Origin: Pseudomonadota bacterium
GTDB taxonomy: Bacteria > Pseudomonadota > Gammaproteobacteria > Steroidobacterales > Steroidobacteraceae
Direction: 5' to 3'
Assembly (NCBI GenBank): GCA_026398785.1
Contig: JAPLSF010000183.1
Coordinates: forward strand, 1 to 44,573
DNA: 44,573 nucleotides
How positions within the stretch are numbered: the first letter of the stretch is position 1; the number at the start of each line of letters is the position of its first letter. Below are positions 34,901 through 42,330 of the stretch, piece by piece. The notes below the pieces were generated by a model. That model was not told the origin of the DNA and did not search any database. It worked only from the letters and a program-made list of their open reading frames with translations. Both the position numbers and the translations under genes were made by a program.

Positions 34901-37900
34901 GCGCGTGCCGTCGCTCGCCGTCTCGTTGACCCGGCGTCCGAATGGGTCGTGTGACCACGTCGTCGCCAGCCCGTTCGGATCCGTGACGCGCGTCGGCACG
35001 CCGAAGTCGTAGCGCCATTCGTAGGTCGTCGTTGCCGCTGCCGCGTTGGTGGCGGACTCGGGCAGCTGGCAGCGGCTGCCATAGTTGAAGCTCGCCGTCC
35101 TGGCCGCCATCGCCGTACCGTTGGGGTTCGAGCCCACGGTGCGCACAGAGTTCAGGTTGCCGCAGCCGTCGAAGCCGAACGAGGTGATGACCTTCAATGC
35201 GGGGATGTTCGGTTCGACCACCTGCTGCGTGATCCGGCATGGCACCGGGTCGGTCTCGTACGTCGTCGTTTGCGTCACGGCGGACTGGTCGGGTGCAGTG
35301 CTCGTCGTCGAGCGGCTGACGGGCAGGCCCAGGCACCAGTTGCCCGACGGGTCATTCATGTAACCGAGACTCAACGTCGAGCGCCACGCGCTGTTCACGT
35401 GCGGCGAGTATGGGTCCCGGTCCCAGGTGGTGTTCTGCACCTGAGTGGGATTGCCGTAGCCGTCGCCGTACGTGAACGTCGTTGCCGCTTCCGTCACCAG
35501 CGTGCCATTGAGAGCCCCGCCGTGTTCGAACTGCCTCAGGCTGGTGGACGCGACGAAAGGGAATGCGCGCTGTTCGCTGCCCGCCGGACCCATCGCCTGC
35601 AGGCCGAGGACCGCCTGCCATTGGCGCACGGGCGTCGAGCCGTTGGCCTGGAACACGTCGCGCTGCACGTGCATTCCTGTGTATGGGAACGCCCGTGACA
35701 CGGTGTCGAGCGTGACGAGGCCCGTGCGTGTGTCCTCGATGCGTTGCGTCGCGAATCCCTGGAAGCCACGTCCTTGCAGGTGCAACTGCGCGCCGGAGTA
35801 TTGCAATCGGTTGCGGTAGACGCCGCCGGTTCCGTCGGTTGCGCTGAACTCGCTCACCACGTACAGCGGGCCCTGGAAATCGGCCGCCGGAAAGACCGCG
35901 TCGTTCAGGCGCGTGTGGTTGCTGCGCGCGATCGAAACGTAGGTCGGGTTCTGGCGCACGCCGAACCCGTCGACGAACGCCGTGGCCAGATCGGCTGGCA
36001 CAGCCGGGCCCGCGTGCAGCTGGTAGCGCAAGCGGTTGCCGTCGCGGTAAGCGAGATCGGTGAGTCCGTCGCCATCGGCGTCCAGGTCGAACCAGACGGT
36101 GGAGGTGGGCGCGCTGATACCCGTGCTGACAGGTGCAGCTGCGCCTTCGCCGGTCGAGCGCACGACGAACCACTGTCGCGTTGCGGCATCGATGTACAGC
36201 AGGTCGGCGCGACCATCGCCGTTCCAGTCCGCCGGGAGCGCCGTGTACAGCGTATTGCCGGTTGCGGCCGTTGCCCTGGTCGGGAGCTCGACAAAGGCGC
36301 CAGCGCAGTTCGAGACGAATACGGTCTGCACCTGGAGGATGTCGGAGCAGCCGTCGGCGTTCCAGTCGCCCATCGTCACCATCGACTCCTGCACCAGCAG
36401 TTTTTCGGTGCCGACTGTGAATGCGTTGCCGAAACCGTTCGACAGCAACGGCGTGGCAAAGAACTTCGAATTGCGGTCCAGCTTGTTGAAGGTCAGCGCG
36501 ACGATGTCCGCGCGGCCGTCACCGTTGAGATCCGCGACGCGCAGGTTGTCCCAGGGCGTCGCCTGCCGCAGGCTCGGTATCGTCCACACGGACTGCGCGG
36601 TCGCAGCGAACTGAACTGCGAGCGAAGTGCTCGCGGGAGCGCTGACGTTGCGGCGCACGTTGATGGTCGGCGTCAGGCCGCCGCTCTGCGCCACGAGGTC
36701 GGCGAGGCCGTCGCCGTCGAAATCCGCTGCGCCGTATTCCCCGGTGGGGATCAGGCCGGTGTTCGCGGTGGTGAAGCCCGCGTTGGTGTAACCGGCGACG
36801 TACCAATACCCGTTCTGCACGACCAGGAATTGCGTGCGGCCGTTACCGGCGAAGTTGCCCGGAATGATCGTGTGTGTCGTGCTCGTCACCAGGCCGGTGT
36901 CGAGCGGAGCGGCGAAGCCCACTGGGGTTCCGAGGAGAATGCGCCAGCTCAATTTGCCGGTGCCGGCATCGACGGGATAGAGCAGGTCCGTGACGCCATC
37001 GCCGTTCAGTTCGAGGGGCACTGGCGCCCTGGCGGTCGAGACGGCCACGCCGGTATCGACCATGGGTTGCCAGCCGCTCGCGCCGCTCTGGTAGGTGATC
37101 GCGGTGGGCTGCAGGCACGTCGAGGCTGCACACTCCTGCACACTGGCCAGTCGCAGCCGTCCCGAGACCGGGGCGGTCTCGTAGCCAAGCGCGTACGTCT
37201 TGATCGGCGTCGCTGCGTCCATGACCTGGATCGCGATCCGGTCGAGCTGGTACGGATCGCGTACCAGGTTGCCGGCGAGGTAACCCGTGGGAACGTCGCT
37301 CGCAGGACGAGCGGAATATGCGAAGTCGACGCGATAGAAAGGGCCTGCGCCGGTGGCGGTCGTCGGGTAGGCAATCGAAGCGATTCGATGGGTACCGTTC
37401 GTGTACGCGCCGTACTGCGCTTCGTTGGCGTAAGTGAGGGTGATGGCATTGCCCGTGCCGACGCCTGCCCGGTCGCGGACACGCGACAGCGCCCAGGCAC
37501 GAATCGTGGGCGACGCACCCGCATAGACGCGCGAATCGACGGTACCGCCGTACTCGTAGATCAACCCGTTCTTGGTCGTTACCGTGAATGAGGCGGGGCC
37601 GTTGCCTGCGGCGCCGTTCGCGACGATCCGCGAAAACGTCTCCACCTCGGTGGCATAGACGGCACCAGCCATGCCTTGCGTGCCGCTCACGAGCTTGAGT
37701 TGCTGGCCGTCGAGGCAGTAGCGATCGGCCAGGGTGTTGGTGACGCCGGCCGTAGCGCCGTCCTGGGCCCAGGTGCGATTGCAGCGCGCGATCGTCGAAA
37801 GCCCCGCGATCGACCAACCTACGCCAACAGAGCCGCTGCCGCCGCGGCTGGCATACACCAGCGCGAGATCGAGATCGACCTCGCCGACGCCCGGTGGCGT

Positions 37901-38149
37901 CCACAGCGGGATGCGATACGTTGCGGCACCCGAGTGCGAGACGCCGAACTCGGCGGGCGTGCGACCGGCGGTCGAAGCATCTGCGACACCGGCGAGCGCA
38001 GCGGTGGCGTAGGTGCCTGGCGTCCCCGCGCTTGCCAGCGAGCCGGACGCGCCAGCGCCGGATATGCCTGTGATCGAAGCTGCAATCAGTGCGATACCGA
38101 TCGAGCGGCCGTGCCGGGCCAGCCACTGCATCCCTGCGTCATTCCACAT
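31973..38149 (-). CDS. Giant secreted RHS-repeat toxin: signal peptide, SpvB/TcaC N-terminal domain, 7-blade FG-GAP propeller, TcdB-mid-like region, RHS/YD cocoon, RHS core and a variable C-terminal toxin (TcB-TcC-like fusion)
   Basis: - Size and start: the product is 2058 aa. A GGGAGA Shine-Dalgarno sequence lies 7 nt before ATG 38149.
- N-terminus: the signal-like segment is [20 protein letters not shown].
- SpvB-type block: [46 protein letters not shown].
- FG-GAP motifs (seven): [77 protein letters not shown].
- YD repeats: many are present, for example [56 protein letters not shown] and YDGNGNLA.
- RHS core: [11 protein letters not shown]...[33 protein letters not shown]...[19 protein letters not shown]. 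Confidence 0.95.
   Translation of the reverse strand: [2058 protein letters not shown]
31976..32818 (-). other. Variable C-terminal payload (aa 1778-2058, 281 aa) of the RHS protein, downstream of the DPTGY core boundary
   Basis: I mapped the boundary on the DNA: the Tyr codon of DPTGY is at 32819-32821. The payload opens with a hydrophobic segment ([22 protein letters not shown]) and a Gly/Pro linker. It ends in a basic region of about 110 aa ([63 protein letters not shown]...[18 protein letters not shown]). I recognise no known toxin motif. Confidence 0.6.
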
Positions 38150-38261
38150 CGCCGTCTCCCTGGTTGGCGGTTCATCGGGTTACGGCACGGACGTTCGCGC
38201 GTCGCGAGATCCCGGGAAACGCACATTTGCGGCGGAGAGGTGAAGATTCGCACTGCGCCGT

Positions 38262-38289
38262 TTGGCAAACCCGCACCGCCCGTTACACT
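38262..38289 (+). promoter_or_regulatory. Candidate promoter placing the transcription start at or near the acid-phosphatase ATG (possible leaderless mRNA)
   Basis: TTGGCA (38262-38267) is separated by a 16-nt spacer from TACACT (38284-38289), which lies 6 nt before ATG 38296. No Shine-Dalgarno-like purine run precedes the ATG. Confidence 0.25.
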
Positions 38290-38295
38290 GGCGCC

Positions 38296-39153
38296 ATGAA
38301 CTCCACATCCACCGTCGCGCGTGGCTTGACGCTGCTCGCACTCGCCGGGTTGCTTGCCGGGGTCGTGGGCTGTCGGGACGTGGTCACGTCTGCCGCCGGC
38401 GGCAGGGAAGGCACGTCAGCCTCCGCTGCGGCACGCAGCCCGGGCTACCTGACACCCGAACAACGGCCAGACAGCGTCGCGCTCATTCCGCCACCGCCGG
38501 CTCCGGGCTCGCCCGAGTTCGCAGCCGACGAGGCCATCTATCGCAAGTTGAGTGCGCTGCAAGGCACCGCGCGCTGGCGACTGGCGGCCGCGGATGCCAA
38601 CCTCAAGTTCCCTGCGGCCGCCAACGTGTTCGCGTGCGCGGTCGGCATCAATGTGACTGACGCGACCACGCCGCGGCTCTATGCGCTGCTGCAGCGTACG
38701 GTCATCGATGCGGGGCAATCGACGGCCAAGGCGAAGCAGAAGTATCAGCGCGCTCGGCCGTTCGAAGAGACGGGCGACCCGACCTGCGTGCCCGAGGACG
38801 AACAGCTGCTGCGTGGCAATGCCTCGTACCCTTCGGGGCATGCGTCACTCGGGTACGTGTGGGGCGCAGTGCTGGCCGAACTCGCGCCGGATCGTGCCGA
38901 TGCCGCTCGAGCGCGCGCCTACCAGTTCGGGCAGAGCCGCGTGGTCTGCCGGGTGCACCGCCAGAGCGACGTCGATGCCGGACGCGTCGTCGGCCAGGCC
39001 GTGTTCGAACGCCTGCACCAGGATGCGGAATTCGTCGCCGACATGGCAGCCGCGAAAGTCGAAGTGAAAAAGGCGCGCAGGCATGGCCCGCCTGCCGGCC
39101 GTGATTGCGGCGCGGAGGCGGCCGCGTTGCAGGCGACCGCGCCTTCGAATTGA
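38296..39153 (+). CDS. Class A bacterial acid phosphatase (PAP2 superfamily), lipoprotein
   Basis: It has a lipobox (LLAGVVGC) and the three PAP2 signature blocks (KQKYQRARPF; YPSGHASLG; SRVVCRVHRQSD). I chose the start at ATG 38296 inside the longer track ORF. Confidence 0.9.
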   Translation: MNSTSTVARGLTLLALAGLLAGVVGCRDVVTSAAGGREGTSASAAARSPGYLTPEQRPDSVALIPPPPAPGSPEFAADEAIYRKLSALQGTARWRLAAADANLKFPAAANVFACAVGINVTDATTPRLYALLQRTVIDAGQSTAKAKQKYQRARPFEETGDPTCVPEDEQLLRGNASYPSGHASLGYVWGAVLAELAPDRADAARARAYQFGQSRVVCRVHRQSDVDAGRVVGQAVFERLHQDAEFVADMAAAKVEVKKARRHGPPAGRDCGAEAAALQATAPSN

Positions 39154-41168
39154 GCGGACCACGCAGATGGTCTGAGCTCGCGCGGCGGCAAGCAGGCTTG
39201 CTGACAAGCAGGGCCTCTGCGGCGCTGCTCACCCTGTTGTGCACCTGCGGGCTAGCGCTCGCGCAACAAGCGGCACGTCCGATCGAAGCGCCGCCCGCGC
39301 CGATCGCCGCGGCGGAAAGCCCGCCGCCGCGGATTCCCGCAGCCGTGTTCGCACGCGATCCGGAGTACCGGGATCCCAGCATGTCGCCGCGCGGTACGCA
39401 GGTGATGGCGCGAACCAGCGTCGACGGACGCGAGCGGGTCGTCATCCACGGCCTGGTCGCAGACCAGGCCATGCTCCTGCCATCGCCGCCCGATGCGCAG
39501 GTCGATTGGTTCGAGTGGGCGGGCGAGGGCCGCGTGCTCATCAGCCTCGGCTGGACCAGGACGATCGACGGCGAGGAGTCCTACGTCACGCGGCTGGTCG
39601 TTTTCGACATCGCCACGAAAACGTCGAAGTTGCTGGGCGACAAATTCGGCGGCCTGGAAGGCGACGATGTTCTGTACGTGGACCCGGCCGGGCAGTGGTT
39701 GCTTCTCTCCATGCAGGAGACTCGCGACGAGTATCCGACCGTCTTCCGCTACGACCTGGCGACGGGCGAGCGCACGGCAGTGGTCAAGCCGAAGGAAGAT
39801 GTCTGGGAGTGGTACGCCGACTCGGACGGGGTCGTTCGAGCGGGCCTCGGGTTCCTGAGCAAGTCGTGGTTCATGCTCTATCGCAAGAGCGCCGACGAAC
39901 CTTTCCGCAAGCTGGGCCACGCCAGTTACGAGGATGATTCCGCGGGCTTGCTGCTGCTCGGGCTGGCAAGCGGTTCGGATGACGGCTACCTGCTCTCGGA
40001 CCAGCAGACCGGGCGCTACGCGCTTTACCGGTACAACTACGCGACGCAGCAGATCGGCGAAGTGGTGTACGAAAACCCCAGCAACGACATCGACGACTAC
40101 GTACTGAGCCGCGACGGCAAACGCGTGTTGGCGGTTGCTTTCACGGACGACCGCGATCGCGTGCTGTGGCTCGATCCGGCCATGCGAGCGCGCCAGGAAA
40201 CGCTCGAAGCCCGGTTCCCCCGCATGTCGGTGCTGTTCGTTTCGCGCGACGAAGCGCGCGAACGCTTCATCGTCTGGGTCGGCGGCGCCAACGATCCGGG
40301 TTCGTATTACATCTACGCGCCATCCACGGACCTCCTGCAGCGGCTCGCGCGCATCAACGGACAGCTCGATCCGGCCCAACTCGCCGCGACCGAGTACACG
40401 AGTTACCAGGCGCGCGACGGCCTCGAGATCCCTGCGTTCCTGACCATGCCCAGGGGACGCGAGGCCCGCGGGTTGCCGCTGATCGTGATGCCGCACGGCG
40501 GGCCATACGATGTGCGCGACTTGCTGGGCTACGATCCAGAGGTGCAGTTTCTTGCGAATCGCGGCTACGTCGTGCTGCAGCCGAATTACCGCGGATCGTC
40601 AGGTTATGGCACTGAGTTCGCCGCCAGGGGCGAAGGGCAGTGGGGTCGCGCGATGCAGGACGATCTCGACGATGGCGTCGACTGGCTCGCGAGCCGCGGC
40701 ATCGTCGATCCGAAGCGGGTCTGCCTCTACGGCAGTTCCTACGGTGGCTACGCAGCGCTGTGGGGTGTCACACGCAATCCCGAACGGTACCGGTGCGCTG
40801 CCAGCTTTGCCGGCGTGACCGACGTTGCGCGACAACTGAAGTACGTTTCGTACCAGCTGAGCGGTGCGGACCGCGGCGACTGGCAGCAAACGGTGCGGGG
40901 CGAGAAGGGATTCGCGCTCGATTCGATTTCGCCGCTCGAGCAGGTCAAGCGGCTGACGCGGCCGGTGCTGCTCGCACATGGCGACGCGGACAAGACGGTG
41001 CTTTACAAGCAATCGACGCTGTACCGCGACGCGCTGGTCAAGGCCGGCAAGCCGCACGAGTTCGTGGGCTATCCCGGTGAAGGCCACGGGTTCGAAAACC
41101 AGGAAAATTTCGCCGACTGGCTGACTCGCCTCGACGCGTTTCTGCAGGCGAACAATCCGGCGCAATAG
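39105..41168 (+). CDS. S9-family serine peptidase (prolyl oligopeptidase/dipeptidyl-peptidase-like: beta-propeller plus alpha/beta hydrolase)
   Basis: The catalytic triad context is GSSYGGY (Ser), LLAHGDADKTV (Asp) and YPGEGHGF (His). A signal-like segment reads AALLTLLCTCGLALAQQ. The start is uncertain: ATG 39105 overlaps the phosphatase gene by 49 nt, and the in-frame TTG at 39198 would give a cleaner signal peptide. Confidence 0.85.
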   Translation: MRRGGGRVAGDRAFELSGPRRWSELARRQAGLLTSRASAALLTLLCTCGLALAQQAARPIEAPPAPIAAAESPPPRIPAAVFARDPEYRDPSMSPRGTQVMARTSVDGRERVVIHGLVADQAMLLPSPPDAQVDWFEWAGEGRVLISLGWTRTIDGEESYVTRLVVFDIATKTSKLLGDKFGGLEGDDVLYVDPAGQWLLLSMQETRDEYPTVFRYDLATGERTAVVKPKEDVWEWYADSDGVVRAGLGFLSKSWFMLYRKSADEPFRKLGHASYEDDSAGLLLLGLASGSDDGYLLSDQQTGRYALYRYNYATQQIGEVVYENPSNDIDDYVLSRDGKRVLAVAFTDDRDRVLWLDPAMRARQETLEARFPRMSVLFVSRDEARERFIVWVGGANDPGSYYIYAPSTDLLQRLARINGQLDPAQLAATEYTSYQARDGLEIPAFLTMPRGREARGLPLIVMPHGGPYDVRDLLGYDPEVQFLANRGYVVLQPNYRGSSGYGTEFAARGEGQWGRAMQDDLDDGVDWLASRGIVDPKRVCLYGSSYGGYAALWGVTRNPERYRCAASFAGVTDVARQLKYVSYQLSGADRGDWQQTVRGEKGFALDSISPLEQVKRLTRPVLLAHGDADKTVLYKQSTLYRDALVKAGKPHEFVGYPGEGHGFENQENFADWLTRLDAFLQANNPAQ

Positions 41169-41192
41169 CCGCCGGCGAGAGGAGGAATGACG

Positions 41193-41921
41193 ATGCACCA
41201 GAGCCGATTGGCGGGATTCATCATCGACTGCAATGTGCCGGACCTCGCAGCCGCCGCGGCGTTCTGGGGCGCAGCTCTGCGCATGGACGTCAAGGAATTG
41301 CCGGCCGACGAAGGCAGCAAGTACATGCGGCTCGTCGATCCCGAGAGCCGGCTGCACATCGAGGTGCAGACGGTTGCGCATCCGAGCCGCGTCCACCTGG
41401 ACATAGAATCGACCGATGTGGAAGCGGAGGTGGTGCGACTCGAAGGGCTCGGAGCCACGCGTGTGGCGCAGGTCCACACGTGGTGGGTCATGGAAGCGCC
41501 CACCGGCCAGCGGTTTTGCGTGGTGCGCAAGAGCTCGCAGCCCGCGGCGCTCGAGCGCTGGCACCGCATCGTCGAGACGCGCGACATCAAGGACCTCGAT
41601 GACTTGCTGGCCGACGATGCGGCCTTCGAATCCCCCGCCGTGCACACGCCGCAGCGGGGCAAGGCGATCACCCACAAGTACCTGGCCGCGGCGAGCGTCG
41701 TCCTGATGAACGACAGCTTTCGCTACGTGGGCGAATGGCACGGTGAGCGCTCCGCCGTGCTCGAGTTCAAGTGCATGCTGGGCGAGATCGAAGTCGACGG
41801 CATCGACATGATCGAGTGGAACGCGGATGGGCGGATCTCGCGCTTCAAGGTCATGGTGCGGCCGATCAAGGCACTGCAGACGCTGATGCCGCTGATGGCG
41901 GCAGAACTCGCCAAGGTCTGA
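41193..41921 (+). CDS. Two-domain protein: N-terminal VOC/glyoxalase-like domain fused to a C-terminal NTF2/SnoaL-like domain
   Basis: The VOC-like half is LAGFIIDCNVPDLAAAAAFWGAAL...VHLDIESTDVEAEVVRLEGLGA...WWVMEAPTGQRFCVV. The NTF2-like half is IKDLDDLLADDAAFESPAVHTPQRGK...IDMIEWNADGRISRFKVMVRP. GGAGGA (41181-41186) abuts ATG 41187, so ATG 41193 has the better spacing. Confidence 0.75.
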   Translation: MHQSRLAGFIIDCNVPDLAAAAAFWGAALRMDVKELPADEGSKYMRLVDPESRLHIEVQTVAHPSRVHLDIESTDVEAEVVRLEGLGATRVAQVHTWWVMEAPTGQRFCVVRKSSQPAALERWHRIVETRDIKDLDDLLADDAAFESPAVHTPQRGKAITHKYLAAASVVLMNDSFRYVGEWHGERSAVLEFKCMLGEIEVDGIDMIEWNADGRISRFKVMVRPIKALQTLMPLMAAELAKV

Positions 41922-41927
41922 GCCGAT

Positions 41928-41952
41928 CCGGCGCCGCCCTCAGCGGTGCCGG
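41928..41952. terminator. Hairpin between the convergent VOC-NTF2 and SemiSWEET genes
   Basis: CCGGCGCCGC (41928-41937) pairs with GCGGTGCCGG (41943-41952). The stem is 10 bp with one G-U pair and a 5-nt loop that contains the SemiSWEET stop codon. Confidence 0.35.
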
Positions 41953-42200
41953 AGCTTCAAGGCCAGCACTCCGCCCGCCAGTACCAGCGTGATGGCATTG
42001 CAGACGATGACGGGCCAGCTCACGACCATCAGGCCATAGGCCAGCCATAACGCCACGCCAAACGTGAACAGGCTGTACATGCGCAGCGAGACGCCGCTCA
42101 GGTCGCGCGTCTGCCAGGATTTCAGGACCTGGGGGACGAATGCAGTGGTCGTCAGGGCGCCTGCGGCGAAACCAACGGTATCGATGAGTGTCAGCGGCAT
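41940..42200 (-). CDS. SemiSWEET / PQ-loop (MtN3-like) three-helix transporter
   Basis: The product is about 86 aa from ATG 42200 (MPLTLIDTVGFAAGALTTTAFVPQVLKSWQTRDLSGVSLRMY...). It has the PQ motif and three hydrophobic helices. Confidence 0.8.
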   Translation of the reverse strand: MPLTLIDTVGFAAGALTTTAFVPQVLKSWQTRDLSGVSLRMYSLFTFGVALWLAYGLMVVSWPVIVCNAITLVLAGGVLALKLRHR

Positions 42201-42330
42201 GTGCGTAGCATGCTGCCTGTCCGGTCGGGCGTCCATAACTGGTTGATTTGCAATCGATTACAACCAGAATGCTCGTGTCGGGTGCATCGCCGCCCCGCCG
42301 GGGTCGCAAGCGGCTAAACTGCGCGGCCCC

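Noticed and set aside
32732-37591. Long plus-strand ORFs (32732-34420, 562 aa; 35744-37591, 615 aa) antisense to the RHS gene.
   Set aside because: Their translations are Arg/Ala/Gly/Val-rich with no motifs. They lie fully inside a strongly supported minus-strand gene. This is typical stop-codon-poor antisense reading in high-GC DNA.
31973-38149. The RHS protein as a T6SS cargo effector.
   Set aside because: It has no PAAR or other T6SS-adaptor N-terminal domain, and no vgrG, hcp or chaperone genes are in the window. The N-terminus looks like a Sec signal followed by an SpvB domain. A T6SS elsewhere in the genome cannot be excluded.
39105-39198. The possibility that the first 31 codons of the S9 peptidase ORF are real coding sequence.
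   Set aside because: This is unresolved rather than rejected. ATG 39105 overlaps the phosphatase gene by 49 nt and encodes an Arg/Gly-rich leader, whereas TTG 39198 gives a better signal peptide. I kept the ATG coordinates and flagged the start as uncertain.
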